Of a stretch of DNA of 64,000 bases, positions 13,236-25,389 are shown piece by piece. Position 1 is the stretch's first letter, and each line of letters opens with the position of its first letter. The DNA lies in the NCBI RefSeq assembly GCF_021028975.2, contig NC_059432.1, forward strand, positions 6,448,001-6,512,000, in the 5' to 3' direction. The notes under the pieces were generated by a model. That model had not been told where the DNA came from and did not search any database. It was given only the letters and a program-made list of their open reading frames with translations. A program made the translations under genes and the position numbers. The stretch comes from Sphaerodactylus townsendi (taxonomy: Eukaryota).

Positions 13236-14367
13236 TGATTTACACATTAGTTTGTGAGAGATTTCTTAGACATGACAATGAAGTGTAGGGACTTTTTACT
13301 CTGCATTGAGCTCTTGAACAAGGACCTTTCCTTTCCCCCTCCATCCCCCCTCCCACTATTTCTTCTTTCTCTCGCCTGGCAGCCCCCGCAGCCTCTCCCC
13401 TTTTCCTGCTTTGCTGTCTTTTCCCCGTCCACCAGTCAACATATCTTGAGGGGCCACTCAGCTCTCCCTCCTTAGGAAAAGGCGAACCAAGTTGCAAAAA
13501 TAGTGTCGGGGCTTCTGGCTCCAAATCTTCCACTGGGACATGAGGAGGAAAGACAGTTCCCCCCCCCCCCCAGTCCACCACGCCCCCCCCATGGATTTGC
13601 TTTACAGAAACCAATGATTTGAAGGGTCACTAATATTGTTGTGGTTTCTAGCCCCCCATCCCACCCCCAAATTGCCACGGAGAGCCCAGTGGGCGTTCTT
13701 TTCCTAAAGTTGCAGGAGCTTTTTCTTTTATGAGTGAAATTTTAACCCCTTGCTTTTTTCTTGCTGGTTTTCTTTTGCAATCCTGGAACTTCAGGTTTGT
13801 ACAGAGATCCCCCCTTTCTGTAAGCCTAGCTCCATTTTGAAGATCTAGCGATCATATAAATTGTGGCCCATTTTGGTTTTAGGCATAAGTGGAGGGATGG
13901 GGTCTCAGAAGAACTTGTGGGGGCATCTCATTTTCACTGACATCCCCCTTCTCTGGGAGCCCCCAGAACCTCTCCCCTCTCCTTCCCACCCACCAGCCAA
14001 CCCACCTTTATCTCTCCACCCCCATCTTCCATTTCCCCTGCCTCCTTCCCTGCCCTCCCCCCCCCCAATAGTCTTTCCTGGGAAAGGTTTGGCTGATTGT
14101 GCTATCATCAGCTGCTGCCAATCCCAGCCATATTGTGAGGGTAGTGAGTCCCCTGGGACTGCTGCTGGGCCGGCCACCACCAAGTCCTCCTACAAAAGGG
14201 GACGTGATGGGAGGATGGTGGGGTCTTTTCCAGGACTGTTTTGTTGGCAGATTGCTAGTTATGTAGAGAAGTGGCAGGCTCGCTGATTAAACATCCAGTT
14301 AAACGTTTATTAGGGAACTACATTTTGGATAGGAAAGCCAAGAGACAGATAGCCTTCAGCTGCCTTG

Positions 14368-14577
14368 CAAGAACACAAGAACTAGCCAGCTGGATCAGAC
14401 CATCTAGTCCAGCACTCTGCTACTCGCAGTGGCCCACCAGGTGCCTTTGGGAGCTCACATGCAGGATGTGAAAGCAATGGGCTGCTGCTGCTGCTGCTGC
14501 TCCCGAGCACCTGGTCTGCTAAGGCATTTGCAATCTCAGATCAAGGAGGATCAAGCTTGGTAGCCGTAGATTGACTT
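14368..14577 (-). mobile_element. CR1 3' UTR fragment, same subfamily as 33614-35407
   Basis: Near-identical reverse complement of about 35195-35400, including the (GCA)n tract. Confidence 0.9.
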
Positions 14578-17500
14578 GCTAGCTAGGGAAGGAAGGAATG
14601 AGAAAAAACTTCCAAGAAAAAGGAGGAAATTAGACCAGAGATTACCAGTCTGAGGACAGTCAAGAGGTGACACAAAAGGACAGAAGGGTCTCTAACCTTA
14701 CTGCCCTGTCCAGCTGGCCACTTTAATAAGAGAATGCCCACAGACCACTGTATTGTTTTGGGAAGTCTTGATTCCCCCCTCCCCCAATTTAGAAAAAAAG
14801 TGTTTTAGATTTTTCTGCAAACCTGGGACTTCCTTCAGGCTTGTACAGAAATCCCCCTCTCTGCCTCCGGCTCCATTTTCAGAAATGTTGACTCATGGGC
14901 TGGTTCAGAATTGGGTATCTCCAAATGGAGGTTCCATGGGAAGTGCTGCAGTACTTTCTTTTGGATACGACAACACATTTATGGTGGCTTGGTAATATTT
15001 ATTTTCAAATATACTGGCAGGGCATATTAGAGGCAAATCCTCATTTCTGAAGTAAGCAGCAAATCCACAAACATTGCATCAAATTCCCAAAGACAGCTCT
15101 TGTACGTAAAGGTCTTTCACCTGTCACCAGCTCACTCAGCTATCTGTTCTAATGGATTGTTGAAGGCTTTTGCTGCTGGAATCAACTGACGGTTGTGGGT
15201 TTTCTAGGCTGTGGTCTGGCCGTTTTTGCTCCTAATGTTTCACCCGCCTCTATAGCTGACCTCTTCAGAGGCATGTCACGGTAAGAGGTGTTTCTCTCCA
15301 TGGCACAGAGAAACGTGAGGAGCAGAAACTACCAGATCACGAGCACACAGCTTGGAAAACCCATAACACCCTGGCTGGGGGGGGGGGGGGGCTGCCATCT
15401 CACATTTGGATGGATGTTGTATTCCTGTTCTCAGGGATCATTCTCATTCTTTAATTACACCCCCAAGACTCAACATGCATAGGTGAGTAGGCAATTTTTT
15501 TTGCAGTCCAAGCACCAAAATCTTTTGCAACATATATTTGAGAATCTGTGGGTGTGCTAGCAAATGGGGGGGGGGTGGTGATAGAGAAGGGTTTTATTTG
15601 GCCAGATACAAACCATCAGGGGCTTGCCTCCGTCCATTGAGAAGAGAACCAGGTTTGAATGTCAAACAAAAGACCTGTGGCTCTTGGGCACAGTTATCCA
15701 CCCCTCCTTTAGGCAAACCCCGTGGTTCACAGTGGCCAAGACAGTCGTACTTACCACATCAAATTGGTCTCTACCTATTGCAATCCTCTTTTTTTTTGAA
15801 AAACAACACGCATGGTACATCCCTCCAATCAGGCACCTTCCGCCTAGAAATATCTCCAGGAAGCCTGATCAGATTTTCTGAACTGGTTACTGTCATGAGT
15901 TTCTCCCAACGCCCGCACACATCTGGCCACCTGAATCCATGCCATGGTACTTCTGAGGCTGCCGTGAACTCTACAAAGGTCTTGCCTCCAAGTCCACTCC
16001 AGTCAGAGCAGAATGCCGCCGCTTGGCTGTTATCAGGCAGCCAAGATGGGCAAAGAGCTGGGAATAGCGGCCCTCAGAGACCCCAAGATCCTGCCAACAT
16101 CTGTCATGGAAAGGAGCCAAAATGGTGGATAAATTGGCTAGAAGATGGTGTAGGAGTCATTTCTTCAAGCTGACCTGTGTTACAGCTGGCCTCCAGATCA
16201 GAGGCTGTTCAAGGTGTTTTATCCATGAAACAACGACACAAGTATGAGAACCCACCACCTATTCCTGAGAATAACAAATGCCCCCTTTTCTCCCCAGTTG
16301 GCAAAAGTGGGGTATAAATCCAAACTCCTCCTCTTCTTGAGAATGTTGTTTGCATTTCAGAAGGGCGTCCTTTTGGCAGATCTCCTGTGGGGCGATTCGG
16401 CATTGGCCAAAGTTGCTGAGTCATGACGTTCCTCTGTCATTACTGAACGGCCTGAGGGGAGGGGACGTGCAGCTCCATTAGCTTCTCCCCAATTTAGCCT
16501 GAGGCTGATAATGGCGGTGCCCTGTGCCCTGCGGTCTCAGGAAAGGCCGCTAAACGCCTAATGTTCTTCCACATTAAACTTTATCTCCATCACAGCAAAC
16601 AGGAGTAAATCACATTAGCGTGGGCAGTGCGGATGGAAGGGGGTGGCAGGAAGCCGAGATTGTCCAGGAACCCTGCCCAGCGGTGTGGGTGACGCTTTAC
16701 TGCCACTCTCTAATTGGCTTGCAGGGCATGGGAGGCCATAGCCACGGGCCCTTCTCCTTCTTGGAATAGCTGCAGCGTCTCTCCGGGGCTGCCACCACTC
16801 TGAAAAGCAACCAGTGACTTTGCTGGGAAAGGACAGTCCAAACACCGTCTGTTTAAACACTCAGTGGCCGGCGCGGTTTCCCCTGCATATTGAAGGAATG
16901 GTTCACACAAAACATGCACAGGAAGGATTCTGAAGTGAACCCCATTTTTGTAACATGGATCCAGCCTGACCTGGATGGCCCAGGCTAACTTTATTTTGAT
17001 TTGTATTCCGCCCTCCTCCAGCCAAAGGCTGGGCTTAAGACTGCTCAGAACACACATACGGTACACACAATTCATTATGCCAACGTAAATTCATGCCAAC
17101 GTGAATTCATATATTGGTAAAATGGTTAAAACAGTCATCTCAGTCCTTTATCTTCAAGATATACAGAAGACGGGCATTCCACCATTCCTCATCTGACTTC
17201 CAATGGGGATCCAACTACATAATTGTAATTCATCTACCCATTATTTTGGCCTATTCAATGAAAGGCTGGGAAGGGGAGGACAAAGAGGGGAGAAAAAGAA
17301 AGGGAAGGGAAGGAAAAAGAGAAAGGGGAGAGAGAGGACCCGGGAGCCGGCATCACACTGCCCAGGCCGTATCTCTGGCAGGACACCTCTGCCTTGCAGG
17401 CCCTGTGGAACTGAACCACCTCCCGCAGGGCCCTGGTCTCAGGTGGCAGAGTTCTGCTCGGCGGGGGCCAGGAGTACTGAAAAAGCCCTGGCCCTGGTTG

Positions 17501-20500
17501 AGGCCAGCCGGATCTCTTTTGGACTGGGGACCTCCAGAACGTTACTACTAGATGCGTGTCAGGCTCTCTATCAAGTTCACCCAGCTCCAAAGTGACATTA
17601 AAATATTTGTTTAGCTCATAAAAAGTCGAGGAAGTGACATTCAACCCTGCAACACACCAAGGAGAGAGCATAAACTTCAAGCACTTCATCCTCTGTAGTC
17701 ACCTTCGTAAGATGTAGCCTTTTGTAGACAGTAAACAGGCACAACTGAGCACTGGATGGAAGGCAGCCCCGTTATGCACTTGCTAACATTAAAACATTTT
17801 GGAGTAAAAAATCCATATTCAAAATGTGAAATCAAATTTGATATTCAACATTTGCCTGTCAGTGGTGACTTTGACTATTGCTGACTTTGTTTCACCTTCA
17901 TCGGTTGGGAGATTGCTGGAATGGAACTTTTCCTGCTTCTGGAAGAAGAGTTTGGACTTATATCCTGCTTTCCTCAACCATAAGGAGTCTCAAAGTGGTT
18001 TACAAACTCCTTCCCTTCCTCTCCTCACCAAAGTAGAGAGAGAGTCTGGAGAGAATTGTGACTAGCCCAAGATAGGCTTCATGTGTAAGAGTGGGGGAAA
18101 AAAACCTGTTTCACAAGATTCAAATCTACTGCTCTTGTGGAGGAGTGGGGAATCAAACCCGGGTCTCCAGATTAGAGTCCACTGCTCTTAAAAACAATAC
18201 CACACTGAGTAGTGGACCAAACTGCTTTCATTTATTTAGTAATATTATCATGATTATTATTTGCGAATCTGTAAAAAGCAACATGTCTACTTTTGTCTTG
18301 TTTGAAATGCAATAAATATATTTAAAAAAAAAGAACATGTCAACTCTTCTGGTCACATTATATACTACAGCCCTTTGAGCTAAGGGGTATGTATACCTCT
18401 TGTGCAGTGCATTTAGCAAAATATATTTTGAGATTGTTTAAGAGGTACCTCATCCTCTACATGCTGGAAAGGCTCTGTTGCTGAATATATTTACATTCAC
18501 ACGTGGTGGGGATGGCTACAAATTAGAGATTTCACAGGGCATGCTTATGGTGATTATGCCACGGAAGACGAGAATCTTACTGGTTTGGTAGTATGCACAA
18601 ATATTTATTGTCTGGGGTTACTGAGACACCAGAGGTTACTGAAGGGTTGGTATCTATTTTTAATGGAAAGAGTGACAAATTAAGAAAAGCTAGGATTCAA
18701 ATGGGGACTTTTAATGAATGATTGTGCTTTGGAAAACATCCAGTTAGACTTATCATTTTGGTAACGCTTTAGCTGATTAAGATTAATGGTGGAGGCACAA
18801 AGTGCCCTCAAGTTGCAAGCAACTTACAGCGACCCAAAGAGTTTTCAGAGCCATTGACGGCCTCTGCCTTGGGGAATCTCCCATTCAAGGGCTAGCCAGG
18901 GCCAACCCTGCTCAGCTTCTGGCAAGACGGGCTAGCCTTGGCCCCCCTCCTCAGGGCAAGTGGAATGTTTAGATTCTAAAAGTGCATCAGGGCCTGTGTC
19001 TGAGGGTTGTGCGGACAAAGAAGGCTGTTATATCAGGGGCCTCAAATACCCCACCTACTTGGGTCCTGTCTCGAAGGTAACTTCAGCAAAGAGTTCTCAA
19101 GGCTTCTGCAGCACAGAAAACAGGATTCTCTGGCCAGACGGCGTGCCAGCATCACAGTAGTGACAAGCAGGACTCTTCTTGCCTGATGGGGACTGCGCTC
19201 TCACCCAGGGAGACCGTGGTGCCCTCGCCGGCCACACAGCATTCTTGGCGAGAGGAAAGGAATGAAATCAGACGCTTGGCAGGCAGATGACAAAGTCCAC
19301 ACAGTGGAGGAGGAAGCCAAAGGCCAGGCCTATGTATCACTATAAAAAATAACATTAATTGGGATGCTTCACCATTTCCTGAACAACCCATAATTAGGTT
19401 AGATAAGAAACTAGCAGTGTCTAAGAGCTATAAATGTCTAAATTAAGTTATTTTGAAAGTGCCCGGCACTTTGACATTTTGAGAGTTCAGAGTAATTGAG
19501 GTATTGAGATAAAATTGCTCCTGTTATTTAAAAGGTCATTATCTTCTTCAGTTAGATAGATGGAGGCTATTTTCCACTCTAGTGAGCCGTTCTATTTGGG
19601 GCAATTAGCCAGGCTTGAGTAGATTTCCACCGGCTGACTCCCACTTATCACCACTCCGGCCGTGAAGCTCAGAAAGGTTTGTAAATACTGGCTCCAAACA
19701 GCCCATCTGTATTCTGCTCACAAGCCAGCGCTGCCACCCACACTCGAGTGGCACTGCAAGGCCAGGCTCCCACGGAAGGGCCCTTGAACTGGTGCCTTGG
19801 ACTGGCTCAGAGCAGAGGTGGAAGCCGGCATTGTAACTAAGCTGTGGGCCTGGGAACCTGTTCTGCTTTTCTTCAAAACAACCCTTGCTTGGTCTCCACT
19901 AAACCCATTATTAAATCATTCGTTTTAGTTCTTTCCCCCCCAAGCTGAGCTGCTTTCACCTTGACTGAGGAAACTTTAATTAGATGAATGAAGAGATTGG
20001 GGGCCCTGGGCGTGGATCTGTGAGAGCAGGACTTGGACTAAAAAAACCACCGCCCCAACCAATGAACAAAGCCCACGCTATTTGTGTGCTCCTTGGATGA
20101 GACGTTATTCTCCGTCAAGCATGTGGGCAGGAGAGCACAACTAGAAGTGCATAAAATGCTGTTCACCTACTCAGAACTCCTCTCCTTCAACACAAGAACG
20201 GTCTTTTTTTACGGTAACTAGAGATTAGGGCTGCCACCAAGTGTTAGTGATGCTGAGATACCCATTGGTCCAGTTCACAGTATGTTGACCAATTGATCTG
20301 TTCGGTAGCGGGTCTACTTCCAATAATTCAAACTGTACAGAACAGCACCCCTCCCCTCTCCCCCCAAGGGTAGGTGGGCCCCAACCCGATGCCAGACCCC
20401 CTCCCCTCCCTCCCTCCCTCCCTCCCAGGGTGGGTCCCAACCTTTCCCCTCCCTGCCCTTACCTTCCTCCCCAGGGTACGTGGGTCATGACAAGATTATG

Positions 20501-21050
20501 GGCCTCTGTCCCTCTCCCTTCTACTCAGGGTGGGTGGGCCATGACAGATGGTGAGTCCCCTTCTCCTCTCCTACTCCCTAATCCTCTACTCCCCCTTGCC
20601 ACTACTCACCTTCCTAACACCCATCCCTTTCCCTCAGGGTGGTTGAGTCACAACCAGATGAGGGGGCCCTCCCCACTTCCTTCCCCAAGTGGGTAGGCCT
20701 CAACCAGATAACGGGACCCCTGTCCTGCTCCCTACCCATCCCCCCAGGGTGGGCGGACCACGACCAGAGGACCACAGTGTTTCATGCATGCAAATCCCCA
20801 CACTGCCTAATGGAACTCTCACTCCCAAACAAATAAAATAATAAACTCAAGGAGAGGCAGGATGTTGTTCTGATAGCTTTAGAGCATTTACCTCCCCTGG
20901 AGATCACCCAGGCTCACTTCCTGGTGTGTCCAGAGAGTGAATTTTAGGCTGAAAGTGTTGAGAAATGCCCTTCTCTTTTTGGGCCCCCAGGGAGCTGCTG
21001 CCATTCAGAGGAGTTGGTATCAGCTAGATGAAAGAAAGGAAGCTTCATAT

Positions 21051-21418
21051 GCGTGGGAGGTTAAGCGCTCGTGTATCTAATCTGGAGGAACCGGGTTTGA
21101 TTCCCTGCTCTGCCGCCTGAGCTGTGGAGGCTTATCTGGGGAATTCAGATTAGCCTGTACACTCCCACACACGCCAGCTGGGTGACCTTGGGCTAGTCAC
21201 AGCTTCTCGGAGCTCTCTCAGCCCCACCTACCTCACAGGGTGCTTGTTGTGAGGGGGGAAGGGCAAGGAGATTGTAAACCCCTTTGAGTCTCCTGCAGGA
21301 GAGAAAGGGGGGATATAAATTCAAACTCCTCCTACTCCTACTCCTCCTCCTCCTCCTCCTCTTCTTCTTCTTCTTCTTCTTCTTCTTCTTCTTCTTCTTC
21401 TTCTTCTTCTTCTTCTTC
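21051..21418 (+). mobile_element. tRNA-derived CORE/Squam3-like SINE with (CTC)/(CTT)n tail
   Basis: B-box-like ggtttgattccc; CORE-like gtgaccttgggctagtcac...cctacctcacagggtg. Other copies on - at about 17945-18210, 43320-43720, 47025-47125 and 63677-63952. Confidence 0.85.
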
Positions 21419-21751
21419 CCATCTTGGCCCAAAGGCCCATTCAGGAAGTGCAGAGGTCTAGAATAGCTTGGGTCATGCCATCTGGGTATCTGCCGGGCAA
21501 GGGCCCCATCCTCAGGGCTCTCCAGTATGATTTCCATCTTCGAGGCCCAGAGGCTAGCGCCGCAACGCTTCTTGCAGGCTCTGTGCCCAGGAGGATGGAT
21601 GTTGCTGCCAGACAATGAAAGGACCGTGTGCCTGGCACTGCTTGCTTGCCTCACCCTGGACCTGAAGATCCCACAGGAAGGCCATCATGGGCAAGTTGAG
21701 ATGACTCCAGGGCCCTTTTCCGCTCAAGTCACCTAAAATATTTGCAGCACG

Positions 21752-24350
21752 TTTTCTTTTTTTAAAAATATGTTTATTGTATAGTTTGAAATAATCGTTC
21801 TATTTACATCTTTCTGATATAATTTCCAAACAATACATTTTCCCTTTTTTCCTCCCACCCTCCCCTAATATTATGTTTTACTTTTCTTTTTAACTTAAAA
21901 ACAGCCCAGTAAAGCTCATTCGATTGTTGTCTTCTTATCCAATATGTCTCCCTTTGACTCTCCCCGTCTCCTTCACCCAATTCCTCATAACTTGTCCATT
22001 ATCTCTCACTTTTTTTTTTTATTTCATTTCCTGTGTTTTTTTTCTCTCTTTTGCCATGTTTTATTCTTTTTTTGATAATATTTCAAAATGTCTAATACGT
22101 CGCTTTTGTTTCCTCCTATATATATTCCAACCATTTCCCTTGAATGCGGGCTCCATTTTTTTTCTTATCTTTCCATCCAAACACTACCACTGCATGTGTA
22201 TTGCTCTAATCAACGTGATTTATACATATTTCTATATTGTATATCTATTTTTTCATCATCAATTATTCCCATAAATAATAAGATCATTTCTTGAATTCCA
22301 CTTTATTTTTCACCCAATTTCTCTCATCCATAGCAATTAACTTTTTTCCCAGAAACTTTTTTGCCTTTGCTTTTGCATTCGAATCCACATATGGCTACAA
22401 TGTGCATCTTGGTCTCCACCAAAGGTGCCAACATGTTGGGGACAATCCATCACTTAACCATATATGCCAAGTTGTTTAGGGGAGTTCTATACCATTTTAA
22501 AATCCAACTTTCTTTCCAACTCCATATATTTTTCCATTTTTTATTTTTCTCATGCTAAGCCATTATTCTTTCAAATGTGCTTTAATCCATCATTCAGAGT
22601 GCCATCCTTCTCCCATTTTTTTGTTTCACTTAAGCTCTTATCATGTAAGAGATTCCTTATCATCAATCCCATCAAATTTATATATTTGACCTAAAACTTT
22701 CCAGCCCTTTTTTTTGCTTAGATTTCCGAAAGCAATTTTGCCATTATGCCATTTCACCTTTAATCCTCGGAGCACCTTTATTCTTCCCCATGTTTCCCTC
22801 CTCAAAAGCCAATAACAGTTCCTCTGTACCACCCATCCTCTATAAAAGTTTTGTAATGTCATTATTTCACTCCCTTCTCCTGAAATCATATTTTGCTACA
22901 CTGCATGCGTATTCCTTTGTCTCCTCCAAAGGGAATTTTTATTACTTTATTTCCTTCTTTTCCTGCCACACTTGCCCCTGGCGCCGTCCTCAGGGTCCCG
23001 GGCATCCATTTCTCTCTCCATTTTTCCCATATGTCCAAATTCACCTTTCTTGGACCTATTATATTTTGGTTTCCCTTCTCCATCTTATTAGTATATATTC
23101 CTTATTTTCTCTCTTCCTTATTTATTTCATTTTCAAATCTTATCCATCCTTCATTATTTTCTCCTCTTATCCCCATCAAACACTTTATCTGAAATGCTTC
23201 ATAGTATTCTTGCATTTTTGGGATTCCCCAGTCCAAATATTTCTTTGTTATATACAGCATTTTGTTCATTACTCTTGAATTCTTGTTGTTAAATACCCAT
23301 CCTTTCAACTTTCTATCCCATTCCTCAAATTCTTTCTTCTTTATTCCCAAAGGAAGGGTTCCGAATAAATAGAACCAGAGGTGGGATACAACCAGTTCTC
23401 ACCACTTCTCTAGAAGTGGTTACTAATTTTTTCTGAGTGCCGAGAAGGGGTAACTAAAGCAACCTCCCTGCCCAACAGGGACTGGAGGTGCGTGTGTGCG
23501 GTGGCGCCACTGTTTGAACCCCACCACCATCGGAACCTGTTATTAAAATTTTTGGATCCCACCACTGAATAGAACATTTTTGGCATTATGCACATTTTCA
23601 ATGCTTTGATTTTCCCCGTGATCAATAAGCATTTCTTTTCCCATTCTTTTAATTGTTTTACTATTTTTTTCCATCTTTCCCCATAGTTATATTTAAACAT
23701 CTTTTCTACTCTATGTGTAATTATTAATCCTAAATATTTTCTTTTCTTTTTTACTATTCTCTTATCTAATTGCTTTCCCCCCAACTTTCCCCCCATTATT
23801 TCTGTTTTCTCCATGTTAACTCTTAGTCCTGAAATTTTCTGGAAATCCTCTAAAATTATTTTTAATTCCCTTAAGGTATCAGCAGGATTAACCGTTATAA
23901 TTAATATGTCATCTGCAAATAAATTTATTCTTATTTCCTCCTTATCTATCATATATCCTTTTATCCTTCCATTTTTTCTAATCCTATCTGCCAAATATTC
24001 CATCGCCATAACGAACAAAAGTGGTGATAATGGACAACCTTGTTTCACTCCTCTTCCTATTTTTATTTCTCTAGACCATCTATCATTAATTCTAATCTTC
24101 GCCTTCCCTTCTTTATACAACTCCTGTAAAGTCGTTATTACTCCTTTTCCAAATCCAAAATTTCCCAACGTTTGAAACAGAAATTCATGACTAACCGTAT
24201 CAAAAGCTTTATAAACATCTAATTTTATCATAGCCTATTTTTCCCTTTTTCATGTTCTATTACGTTTAAAATATTTCCTATCAGTTGACTAATGTCTCTG
24301 CCTTTCACAAACCCATACTGACCCTCCCTATTATTTTTGGGAGGAAATTT
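21752..24350 (-). mobile_element. L1-clade LINE, 5'-truncated and frameshifted
   Basis: A-rich minus strand; RT motifs LDVYKAFDTV, RGVKQGCPLSPLLF, NLFADD; frameshifted CCHC-like knuckle near 22360-22435; AATAAA at 21778-21773 followed by an A-rich tail. Confidence 0.9.
23376..23567. mobile_element. hAT MITE nested in the L1
   Basis: TIR cagaggtgggat / atcccaccactg; perfect 8-bp TSD aatagaac (23368-23375, 23568-23575). Confidence 0.92.
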
Positions 24351-24533
24351 TTTATTCTATTAGACTGCAGCATGTTTTCGATCTCTCCCTTCACCACTGT
24401 TCATTTGCATTCACCCCTGTAAATGTTTCACAGCCATTGTGAGGGAATTCCTCCCCTCTTTTTGGGGTGTGTGTGTGTTTATTTGTAGAAACGATGCTTC
24501 GTAGAGTCTTAGGTTCTCGGTAGCAATCACAGC

Positions 24534-24539
24534 TTTATT
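24534..24539 (-). promoter_or_regulatory. Candidate WDFY4 poly(A) signal (AATAAA; another at 25203-25208)
   Basis: tttatt on + downstream of the WDFY4 stop and upstream of the L1; which signal is used is unknown. Confidence 0.4.
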
Positions 24540-25322
24540 TATGAGTAAATGTACCTGCACATAAGAGAAACTGCAGGAAGAAAACTGACACTTTTGTGTA
24601 CTCATGGGTTTACTAATGACATTTCAAAAAATCTGCACGGCCAATCAAGTCTCTAATCAGAAGCCCTGCTAGACAAAAGCCCAAACTGTTCCCGCCCACT
24701 TCCTAAAAACACCGGGTGGGCCTCAGCAGGTGCCACGGTACCCATGAGCACCATGGTGGGGAATACGACTTTAGGACAAATCACTTCACTGACTGCCCAC
24801 CAATTACCAATTTCAATTCAAAGTATTCAAACAAGACACTTCATGGCCTTGATCCCTGTCTTGATGAAAAAGACAGTGTGTAAAGAAATTAAAGAAATTA
24901 AAATAAAATGAATATACAGAAGCAACAAACCTCTGAATGCGAGCACTGATTGGCACCCCCAGCAGAGGGGTCCTTGGCCCTGCTCGTTGGCTCTCTAGGA
25001 GGGAAAACAGCCACCCATCAGGAGATCTTCTGTACCACTGGAACTCCAGATGCCCAAAGAGGATCGGGCCAGGCAAGACTGGGTGGGAAACCCACAGTTT
25101 AATCCTGAATACCTGATTAGAACTTCCAAGGAACTCACATGTGTGTGCAACATTATCCATGCTCTAAGTACATGAGAAAACTTATTTCAGGACAGATTTT
25201 ATTTTATTTAGCATAAAACCCACATATATTCCATTTATAAGACTCTCCAGATTCCGGTATGGAAACCATATTTTCAACACGTGCCCAAACGGTTCTGCAT
25301 TTTCCACCCAGTATGTGCCTTC

Positions 25323-25389
25323 TCATTCATCCACTGACCAACTGTAGATTTTTCCGCTCTCATCGCCAGCCAAGAGCTTGGAGTAATTC
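25323..25389 (-). CDS. WDFY4: WDFY4 last coding exon (R-NYSKLLAGDESGKIYSWSVDE*)
   Basis: Pyrimidine-rich tract ending ccctgaag; phase 2; TGA at 25325-25323; matches the recalled human end RNHTKLLVGDERGRIFCWSADG. Confidence 0.92.

Noticed and set aside
20360-20775. CRISPR-like array
   Set aside because: Eukaryotic context, degenerate repeats, low-complexity spacers and no cas genes.
21655-21732. Minus-strand exon-like segment (tattttag...gtgagg) downstream of WDFY4
   Set aside because: It has splice-like ends only; no homology or partner exon, and it lies beyond the stop and poly(A) signals.
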